Of a DNA stretch of 59,560 nt, positions 1-7,175 are shown one piece after another. The first letter of the stretch is position 1; each line of letters opens with the position of its first letter. The stretch is from contig JAJZQJ010000009.1 in assembly GCA_021851895.1 (NCBI GenBank), positions 1 to 59,560 of the forward strand. The letters run 5' to 3'. The translations under genes and the position numbers were made by a program. A model generated the notes under the pieces. The model searched no databases and was not told the DNA's origin. It saw nothing but the letters and a program-made list of their open reading frames with translations. The DNA is from a bacterium. GTDB lineage: Bacteria > Patescibacteriota > Minisyncoccia > Phycocordibacterales > UBA6899.

Positions 1-31
1 ACGAGACGGGAGTTCGATTCACCCTACCCGA
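1..31 (+). tRNA. tRNA 3' fragment (T-arm and acceptor 3' strand; truncated by window edge, isotype unknown)
   Basis: GGGAG-TTCGATT-CACCC T-arm followed by TACCCGA and a U-tailed hairpin; anticodon lies outside the window. Confidence 0.7.
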
Positions 32-74
32 ACAAAAAGAAAAACAGAGCGAAAGCCTCTGTTTTTCTTTTTGT
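32..74. terminator. Bidirectional intrinsic terminator after tRNA
   Basis: ACAAAAAGAAAAACAGAG-cgaaagc-CTCTGTTTTTCTTTTTGT inverted repeat. Confidence 0.8.
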
Positions 75-233
75 GCGGGTAGGGAGAATCGAACGGAAAG
101 GGGTCGGGAGAGGAGTACCTCTCCCGTCGAGGAGAGCAGGTGTTTCTTGTTTCACAAGAAACACCGTCGAGAACCGTGGGTTCTCGAAGAACTTTGCCGT
201 GCGGGTCCCTTTAGGGTGCGCGAGCAAAGTTCG
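75..233 (+). repeat. tRNA-associated structured element, copy A (antisense tRNA 3' end + conserved hairpins)
   Basis: Shares GGGTCGG..GAGGA..CCTCT.CCG..AGGAGAGCAG..CGTCGAGAACCGTGGGTTCTCGAA..CCCTTTAGGGTGCGCGAGC with 3520-3690 (-) and partly with 59188-59267. Confidence 0.85.
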
Positions 234-303
234 CGAGATATCTCCCCTTCGGATCCAAGCAAGGCTTGGATCCGAAGATTATTGAGTTGATAAATATGCA
301 TTT

Positions 304-714
304 TGTCCTTTATCCCCATTATCCACAGGTTTATTCACAGACATTATGTGGAAAAAACATCTCAGAACTAGCTAAGCAGGAAAATTTCCTTTAAATAAGC
401 CACCATACAATAAGACATTGTGGACAAGCCTGTGGATAACGTGGATAACTGTTCTTTAAAGACGCGAGAATAGTGTAAAAACACGGTTTCTTCAGGGATT
501 TTTGGCATTCATACACCACAGAGTGTCTTCATGAGATCGTGAAAGCGCCTTAATGTTCCCCTCCCCGCAAAATAATATGTCCTTTATCCCCAGTGTACAC
601 AGGTTTATCCACAGACAATATGTGGAGAAATTTGCTATTGCTATGAAATATGCTGAAAAAAGTACGTATCTTAGGGGTAAAATTCATGCAGGCTGTGGAA
701 AAGCATGTGGATAG
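304..714. promoter_or_regulatory. Probable replication origin (oriC), DnaA-box cluster
   Basis: Perfect boxes TTATCCACA 319-327 and 605-613, TGTGGATAA 431-439; near-consensus boxes at 310, 331, 347, 419, 440, 584, 621, 695, 706; ~50-bp imperfect direct repeat at 304 and 578; AT-rich. Confidence 0.75.
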
Positions 715-762
715 AGTGTATAAAGGACATCCTGAAACTTCCCCAGGCTTCTCCTTGAGCCA

Positions 763-1570
763 TGTTTCATGGGAAACATATTGGTATATACTAATTTTGA
801 TGCATGCTCGACTGAGAAATATTGATATCGGAACTATCGGTGAATCACTAGCTTCTCGCTACCTCAAGGAACATGGTTTTGATATTCTCTTAAGAAATTA
901 TGCAATTTCCGGTGTTGGAGAGATCGACATACTCGCATATAAGGATGAAACGTTGTATTTTGTCGAAGTCAAAACATCGGAAGATCGTGCTATTACGAGC
1001 GAATATCATGCAGTAGCGCATTTCGATGTCCAAAAAAAGAAAAACTCGCTCAAAACCATGAGAAAGTTCTGTTCATTAAAAGATGTGTCAATGAGGCGGA
1101 CACTAAGCTTACTTACCGTTTCATTTTCACGTGAAACATTGAAGGCACAGATACTGTTCGAGCCGTTTATTGTCATAGACACTATATGATAGCATTCTGT
1201 CCTGTTTCACGCGAAACATTGTATCGTACTGAATTCATGTGCAAGTTACGTAGGAACACCATATGTTACACGTGGAACTTTGCCATTCTTATGCTGGCTA
1301 AGCCCTTTGAGCATACTGTGCTGTCGTCACAATGTATATGTTTATGGGCGTAGTGTGTTTCACGTGAAATTTGCAACTATTCTATGTTTAATATGTTTTG
1401 TTCGCGTATCCTCCGATTGGCTAAGATCCATTGTCTTGCGGTATGTAACTTCGCGCCGGCTTTTACTGAATATGATCATATTGATTTGTTAATTGAAAAC
1501 CTCACGTTATTCCTTGGGTACACGCAGTTGTGTCAATTTTGTTGGGAGGGGGCGGATTTCACGTGAAACG
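763..1570. promoter_or_regulatory. parS site cluster (ParB/Spo0J binding)
   Basis: Near-matches to TGTTTCACGTGAAACA at 763-778, 1123-1138, 1203-1218, 1264-1279, 1356-1371, 1555-1570. Confidence 0.75.
800..1189 (+). CDS. yraN: YraN family (UPF0102) endonuclease-like protein
   Basis: GTIGESLASRYLKEHGFDILLRNY...GEIDILAYKDETLYFVEVKT; ATG 800 preferred over the upstream in-frame start inside oriC. Confidence 0.85.
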   Translation: MHARLRNIDIGTIGESLASRYLKEHGFDILLRNYAISGVGEIDILAYKDETLYFVEVKTSEDRAITSEYHAVAHFDVQKKKNSLKTMRKFCSLKDVSMRRTLSLLTVSFSRETLKAQILFEPFIVIDTI

Positions 1571-1695
1571 GTGTGGGAATATAGACTTGTAACTACGTAA
1601 CATTGTTTCTTTATCTGTTATTTAAATAATATGTCTTTTATTTTACTTCCATACTGAGCGTGGTATAATGGGTATGTCCTATAGAAAAGCTATAT

Positions 1696-2025
1696 ATGTC
1701 ACATCACCCATTACTCATTGTCAAGGCACGTCATGTCGTTAGGCATTCGCATCTTTCGAATGTTGATAAGCAGCTTATGTACGAGCGCATCCCTTTTCTT
1801 GACCTTGGAATGTTGGCACTTTTCATTGATTCTGCTGAGGAAAATCCGTTTGCTCTCGATGCGATCGTTTCAAGCATGAAGAAAAAGCTTGATGCGCGCG
1901 GCAATCTCCATCGGCTCCACGAAATACTCGAGACCGAGGCAAAGGAGATCGAGGCAAGGGACAGCGAAGATACAGATGAGACAAAGGTTGAAAGTGAAGA
2001 TGAGTCTAAGCTTGTAGCACACTAA
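1696..2025 (+). CDS. Hypothetical protein
   Basis: 109-aa ORF downstream of TGGTATAAT; acidic C-terminus. Confidence 0.65.
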   Translation: MSHHPLLIVKARHVVRHSHLSNVDKQLMYERIPFLDLGMLALFIDSAEENPFALDAIVSSMKKKLDARGNLHRLHEILETEAKEIEARDSEDTDETKVESEDESKLVAH

Positions 2026-2036
2026 CTAATAGCACC

Positions 2037-3005
2037 ATGAGAGAGCAATTTCACAAACCACAAGATGAGTTTGTCGCCGCTTACGGTGGAGACGAGGGTG
2101 TAGCGTTTGAGCCGACTGCGCCGCAGGGGGAGCAGGAGGGCGGTTATGAAGGAGAGGTGGGTGGCAAAGAATCAGAGGCTCAAGCGTTTCTTGAGCGCCA
2201 TTCAAGCGAGGAGCGCAAATTGGCTGAAGATATAGTCGGTGCCATAGAGGGTATTTCGAATCAACTTGAGTCGGAACATATAGTCTCTCGTGAGATGGCG
2301 GCCGAGTCTATGATCGCAACGGCATTTGCTGCTGCGCCTACTTCGGGAGTAGAGGATGGCGAGACTTCTTTGTGGAAGTCTGTATTGCGCGGCGCATCAT
2401 TGGGTGCTCGTAATGCGGTAAAAGCCGTTGCGCTCACTTCGATGATGTCTGCTTCGCCAGCTTTTGCTCAGGATTATATGCATCCGAGCCCCCAGATTCA
2501 AAAGAAAGTCGATTATCTTTTTGGAAAGAACATATTCGAGCGATTTGCAAATAAACGCGCATCATATAAGGAAGCATATACGCAGCTTGAAATGCATAAG
2601 GAGGAGGTACAGCATCGAATCGACGAGCTGAATGATCCTCGCCCGAGAAGCACTGCGGAGGAGGCACACATCAAACGTGTTGAAGCCGATAGGGATGCGA
2701 AACTTGCCGCGCTGAGAGTGGAGCGCACTTTAGAGAAGGCAGCATTTGAAGATCTTCATACGAACGATCCGACAGAGCGCGCCGAATATGATGCGAGGAT
2801 CGCTGCAATCGCTGCGCGTGAGGCAAGGGTCGTCGAAGATTGTGAGGCGCTACTTCTTGCAGAACATCGCAAGGCTGCCCCTCAGCAAGAGCTTCAAGAT
2901 CTCTATCGTGAGATCGTGCGCATTGAGAGGGAAGAGAACGAACTTGTCCGAAGGTTTTATGCACTGAAGCGTAGTGCTTATGGTTCGTACTGGTCTCGTT
3001 GGTGA
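2037..3005 (+). CDS. Hypothetical coiled-coil protein
   Basis: 322-aa ORF, acidic N-terminus, internal hydrophobic segment, helical C-terminus; followed by terminator hairpin. Confidence 0.7.
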   Translation: MREQFHKPQDEFVAAYGGDEGVAFEPTAPQGEQEGGYEGEVGGKESEAQAFLERHSSEERKLAEDIVGAIEGISNQLESEHIVSREMAAESMIATAFAAAPTSGVEDGETSLWKSVLRGASLGARNAVKAVALTSMMSASPAFAQDYMHPSPQIQKKVDYLFGKNIFERFANKRASYKEAYTQLEMHKEEVQHRIDELNDPRPRSTAEEAHIKRVEADRDAKLAALRVERTLEKAAFEDLHTNDPTERAEYDARIAAIAAREARVVEDCEALLLAEHRKAAPQQELQDLYREIVRIEREENELVRRFYALKRSAYGSYWSRW

Positions 3006-3049
3006 TGAGTAATAAAAAATAACAGAGCAATCGTGCTCTGTTATTTTTT

Positions 3050-3385
3050 TTATTTTTCATCGTCGGTATATTCAAGAAAAAGTCTTTCTTCGAATCCTCC
3101 GCGTTTCTCTCGCTTCGATCGCTTCTTCTCCATGAGAGCATTCGTGTCAATGTGATGATGCGCAACGATCGCATCTACGATCTCAAGTAGATCAGAGATC
3201 TCGTTGATCATGTCGTCATTCGATTTTGCTTCGAGCAACTCCATTGCCTCTTCGACGATCTTTTGCTTAAGCGCGAGGGCGAATTGTTCATCACTCAGTA
3301 CAGAGATCTTTGGTGTCGCATTGTCTGCGATGATGATATCAGGTATTTTGTCTCTGATGAGTTTATTGTAGGTGATGCGTGCCAT
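3050..3385 (-). CDS. MazG-like nucleoside triphosphate pyrophosphohydrolase (phosphoribosyl-ATP pyrophosphohydrolase-like family)
   Basis: YNKLIRDKIPDII...KIVEEAMEL...EISDLLE...KREKRGGF. Confidence 0.85.
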   Translation of the reverse strand: MARITYNKLIRDKIPDIIIADNATPKISVLSDEQFALALKQKIVEEAMELLEAKSNDDMINEISDLLEIVDAIVAHHHIDTNALMEKKRSKREKRGGFEERLFLEYTDDEK

Positions 3386-3519
3386 GAGATCATTGTAACA
3401 TGGAGAGAGGGAAGGTGAGTGCATCTTAGATATAAAAATTTGATAGCGTAAAAACAATTCCGGGAAATCGAGCAAACATTTGAACGCGCACTCCTGAGGA
3501 GCTCATTCAAAAAAGAAGA

Positions 3520-3690
3520 GCCGGGAAATCGAACAACCTTCGGCTCGCGCACCCTAAAGGGTCCCGCGCGGTCGAAGGTTTCGAGAACCCACGGTTCTCG
3601 ACGCTCGAGGACTCGCTGCTCTCCTTCACGGAAGAGGACGGTGTCCTCTTCCGACCCATCTCCTGTTCGAATCCCGGCACGCCGACAAAA
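3520..3690 (-). repeat. tRNA-associated structured element, copy B
   Basis: Bounded by GCCGGGAAATCGAACA (3520-3535) and TGTTCGAATCCCGGC (3664-3678); same core as copy A. Confidence 0.85.
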
Positions 3691-3727
3691 AAAGAAAAAC
3701 CTCTTTGCAGAGGTTTTTCTTTTTTTG

Positions 3728-3800
3728 TCGGGGCGCCGGGATTCGAACCCGGAGTCATCCGCTCCCAAAGCGGACATGTTAGCCGTTACACCACGCCCCG
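3728..3800 (-). tRNA. tRNA-Pro(TGG)
   Basis: Reverse complement CGGGGCGTGGTGTAACGGCTAACATGTCCGCTTTGGGAGCGGATGACTCCGGGTTCGAATCCCGGCGCCCCGA folds as a cloverleaf; CCA not encoded. Confidence 0.95.
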
Positions 3801-3953
3801 AATTTTCGAGACCACTTCTGGTCGCGTTTTTGCATAGTAGCATAGTTTCCAAAAAATGCCAGCCCTCCCAAGTTTGCTTGTGCCCATTTTGAAATGCAGT
3901 ACTATTGAGTCATACTCCATGAACTCAAGTGAGCGACATGGAACACAAATATC

Positions 3954-4583
3954 ATGAACGATGTACAGAGAAAAAAGCATGCCGCAGATGTCCTGCGAAA
4001 GCTCAAGAAACTATTTCCGCATGCAAGGATGTTTTTGAATTACACGACCCCTTTTGAACTTCTTGTCGCAGTGATGCTCTCTGCGCAGTGTACTGATAAG
4101 AAGGTGAATGAGGTGACGCCGGAGCTCTTTCGCCGATTTAAGACCATAGATGATTATGCGCAAGCACCAATACGAGAACTTGAGCGACTCGTCTATCAAA
4201 CCGGTTTTTATCGAGCGAAGGCGAAGCATATAAAAGAGGCAGCTATCGTGATAAGGGACGAATATGGAGGAGTGCTCCCAAGGACAATGCGCGAGATGGT
4301 TTCCATTCCTGGTGTTGGAAGGAAGACCGCGAACGTCGTACTCGGAAATGCATACGGAGTAAGTGAGGGCATAGCGGTCGATACGCATGTGCGACGGCTT
4401 GCAGGTGTTCTCGGACTCTCAAAGGAAAAGGCCATCCCTGCGATCGAGCGTGACCTTATGAAACTTTTCCCAAAGAAAGAGTGGTTCAGGCTGACGTATT
4501 ATCTTATCGAGTACGGTAGAAATTATTGCCCTGCAAAAAAGCATGATCATTCGAAGTGCCCACTAGGGCATAGTGCCAGCTAA
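3954..4583 (+). CDS. nth: Endonuclease III
   Basis: PFELLVAVMLSAQCTD, HhH motif IPGVGRKTANVVL, VDTHV. Confidence 0.95.
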   Translation: MNDVQRKKHAADVLRKLKKLFPHARMFLNYTTPFELLVAVMLSAQCTDKKVNEVTPELFRRFKTIDDYAQAPIRELERLVYQTGFYRAKAKHIKEAAIVIRDEYGGVLPRTMREMVSIPGVGRKTANVVLGNAYGVSEGIAVDTHVRRLAGVLGLSKEKAIPAIERDLMKLFPKKEWFRLTYYLIEYGRNYCPAKKHDHSKCPLGHSAS

Positions 4584-4856
4584 TGCAATTAAATTGCATA
4601 TGTGAGCAATTATCGTTTTACTGTTTCAGGTAAATGCGGTTTGTGAAACAAGTTTTACAGAGAAAAAACACGATATTTTGAAAATAAAATCACTTAACAC
4701 TCAAATTTAGAAGAAATTTTCAGCAGAAATGTGTTGTGAAACATATCTGGGGCGCTGTGGCGGGGTGTACAATGTTTCACGAGAGACTAGTCACTTATAA
4801 AAAATAGGAGAAATAGAAAAACGCGAGCATGCTCGCGTTTTCAATATGATGATTCG

Positions 4857-5237
4857 CTACTGCTGGCGACTTAAGATCTGGTCGCCTTTGCGGTCGAGAA
4901 TACCCTTGAAAATGTTCTCTTTCTGGAGCCCCATGAATATAATAATGGGAATGATGACTTGCCTCGACTGCGGATGGGTATAGATGTAATTCAACCCGCT
5001 GCAAAGAGGGCACTTTATCGAGCACGTCGGTAGCTCTGACGGATGCCAGCAGTCAACGAGGTTGCCCGTCTTCGAGCTGTGCCCATAGTGGTCTTGGATG
5101 AATTCCGAGTTGCCGAGCGAGAAGTCACTGAGACAGTGTGTACACATGATCATGGTCTCGCGCGCCCGCTTGAGTTTCTCTTCTGGAGTAATCGTGTCGC
5201 GCGCATTTTCGCGCGAGTTATCGAGCTGAGTATCCAT
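4857..5237 (-). CDS. Hypothetical protein, possible Zn-ribbon
   Basis: Two CxxC pairs (CTHC, CPLC); start uncertain. Confidence 0.5.
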   Translation of the reverse strand: MDTQLDNSRENARDTITPEEKLKRARETMIMCTHCLSDFSLGNSEFIQDHYGHSSKTGNLVDCWHPSELPTCSIKCPLCSGLNYIYTHPQSRQVIIPIIIFMGLQKENIFKGILDRKGDQILSRQQ

Positions 5238-5369
5238 TTCAATCCTTATTGAGCAATATATCTGAAACGAAACTAACATACTGAACGGGAGCGTCAATAA
5301 AATCATCCATTGCAAAATTCGTGATTTTTGTTAGTATGGCTTTACTCTCATCATCGATCGAGCATTCAT

Positions 5370-5440
5370 GCGGGTGTAGTTTAGTGGTAAAACTCCTGCC
5401 TTCCAAGCAGGTGTCGGGGGTTCGATTCCCCCTGCCCGCA
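5370..5440 (+). tRNA. tRNA-Gly(TCC)
   Basis: GCGGGTGTAGTTTAGTGGTAAAACTCCTGCCTTCCAAGCAGGTGTCGGGGGTTCGATTCCCCCTGCCCGCA cloverleaf. Confidence 0.95.
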
Positions 5441-5480
5441 CAAAGTCAAAAAATCTGCGTAAGCAGATTTTTTGTTACTT

Positions 5481-5790
5481 GTACGAGGCAGGGGGAATCG
5501 AACCGGCCACAGACGGGCACCCTCGCTCGCGCGTCTCCGCGCAGCGCAGGGTCGTCGAAGCGGGCTCGCGAGCACTTTGTTTTCTGTCGCGCGAAGCGCG
5601 TCAGAAAACTTAGTGACTCGTGAGTTCGATTCCTGTTTCTTGTTCTGTGCGCGAAGCGCTCAAATTGATCAGAGCTCAGTTCATGACAATTCTTGCCGTG
5701 AGCACTTAGTCGCAGCAAGATGAAGCTGACGCGAAACTTAGAAACTCGTGACCGATTCCTCAAATCCGATTTAGCGTGCGAAGCACTCAA
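5481..5790 (+). repeat. tRNA-Gly-associated element (antisense tRNA 3' end, GCGAAGC mini-hairpins, internal degenerate tandem unit)
   Basis: GGCAGGGGGAATCGAACC 5487-5504 is antisense to the tRNA; GTTCGATTCC 5624-5633; unit GAGCACTT..AAACTTAG..ACTCGTGA..CGATTCCT at 5570-5634 and 5700-5760. Confidence 0.7.
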
Positions 5791-5879
5791 TGAAATAAAA
5801 ATACAAAGTATTTTTATTTCCCCTTTCTTCAGACTAATTTTATATTTTCCTTTCGCTCATTTCATGACATACTTTATCC

Positions 5880-6203
5880 ATGTCTACCCAGCACTCCACT
5901 GCCTCCTATCTTCTTCAGCTTTTTGGTACCGATCGCTTCTCCACTCGTGCCATGTTCGGTGAGTACGCATTGTATTGTGATAGTAAAGTTGTCGCACTAA
6001 TTTGTGATGATCTTCTCTTTGTGAAAATACTTCCTCAGAGCAGTGGGCTTGAATCCATCTGTGAAAAAGGTGAACCCTATCCTGGCGCACTGCCGCACTA
6101 CCTCGTTGAAGAACCGCAGTGGAAATCCATCGATGGTCTTCGCGAAATGCTGATCGATATTGCAGAAGTGCTTCCACAGAAAAAACCTAAGAAGAAAAAA
6201 TAA
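5880..6203 (+). CDS. TfoX/Sxy N-terminal domain protein
   Basis: RAMFGEYALYCDSKVVALICDDLLFVK...PYPGA. Confidence 0.85.
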   Translation: MSTQHSTASYLLQLFGTDRFSTRAMFGEYALYCDSKVVALICDDLLFVKILPQSSGLESICEKGEPYPGALPHYLVEEPQWKSIDGLREMLIDIAEVLPQKKPKKKK

Positions 6204-6229
6204 AAAAACGGCATTGCTGCCGTTTTTGT

Positions 6230-7096
6230 TCATCGTGTTGCGCGAAGCATGGCGCGACCCATGTAGTAAATTCCATCCTTGTCTTCCATGAAGAACTGGA
6301 TATTGAGTGCGTCGCCATTTTGCTTTGCCTTGAAATATCCGTACGCTCCTACCATTCCACCTGGGCACCATGTGCCCGCATAACCTTCAACGACACCTTT
6401 TTTCGTGATGATGAGGTCTGTAGTATTGAAGATCATGAGCATGCTGTATTTTGTGTAAAGCTGAAACTCAGCGTATGTGTGCATATCTGATCCGACGGTG
6501 CCGACGTAGTAGATGGTGTGCCTACCAATCCCGTTGAACGTCTCACTGAACTGCATCGTTCCAAAATAATTTGCGCCACTCTCGATCGCAGCTTTGCGTA
6601 TCGCGAGCAGTCTTTCGTCAAATGCGTAATCTTTGTTTTCTTCGACGAAGGAGTATCCTTTGCGCAATCCCATTTTCCTAGAGGCTGCGAGTCGAGCAAG
6701 AAAATCATCGTGGGCGTATTTTCTATTCGATTGGTTCTCGATGCTCGAGGGGTGCAAAGTTTTTCCCGCGCCCTCGTCCTGCTTATGAAACAACCATGCG
6801 ACGAATATGACGATAATGACTGCCGAGATGGCCAACGTTAGTAACCAAAGCAGCAATTCTCTCATTCCCGGCGTCATCTTGCCCAAGAACTTTGAAGCAA
6901 GGTTGCGAACCGAACGGTATTTCGCGTGTTCTCGAACCCAAGAGGCATCTTCGTTGTTCATGGAGTTCGTGAAAACGAGATGGTTGAAGATGCGCAGCGC
7001 CTTCTGCTCGTCATCTCCATGAGCGAGGGTATAGCGGTCGGAGTCGTTTATCATGGTATCCGCCAAAGCGTTCTGAGAAAAAATTAACACACACAT
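6230..7096 (-). CDS. Hypothetical single-pass membrane protein
   Basis: 288-aa ORF with one TM helix (LLLWLLTLAISAVIIVIFVAWLF); start uncertain. Confidence 0.65.
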   Translation of the reverse strand: MCVLIFSQNALADTMINDSDRYTLAHGDDEQKALRIFNHLVFTNSMNNEDASWVREHAKYRSVRNLASKFLGKMTPGMRELLLWLLTLAISAVIIVIFVAWLFHKQDEGAGKTLHPSSIENQSNRKYAHDDFLARLAASRKMGLRKGYSFVEENKDYAFDERLLAIRKAAIESGANYFGTMQFSETFNGIGRHTIYYVGTVGSDMHTYAEFQLYTKYSMLMIFNTTDLIITKKGVVEGYAGTWCPGGMVGAYGYFKAKQNGDALNIQFFMEDKDGIYYMGRAMLRATR

Positions 7097-7175
7097 AGAG
7101 GATAGTCAATTAATTGACACCAACTATAATATGTTTTATATTATTGTTAGATGAACCTTCAAAAAGGAACTTCCC

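Noticed and set aside
24-285. ORFs 24-227 and 73-285, and the similar-looking ORFs at 3295-3892 and 59166-59369
   Set aside because: They are translations of the non-coding repeat element and tRNA; shared peptides such as VENRGFSK reflect the DNA repeat.
650-799. N-terminal extension of yraN
   Set aside because: It overlaps DnaA boxes and a parS site; YraN similarity starts at ATG 800.
1200-1620. Possible CRISPR array from recurring TGTTTCAC..GAAAC repeats
   Set aside because: The repeats are 16-bp palindromes with irregular spacing that match parS; no cas genes are in the window.
3664-3690. Possible second tRNA on the + strand (GTTCGAATCCCGGCACGCCG)
   Set aside because: Only the T-loop and acceptor 3' strand are present, with no D or anticodon arm; it is the inverted copy of tRNA-Pro.
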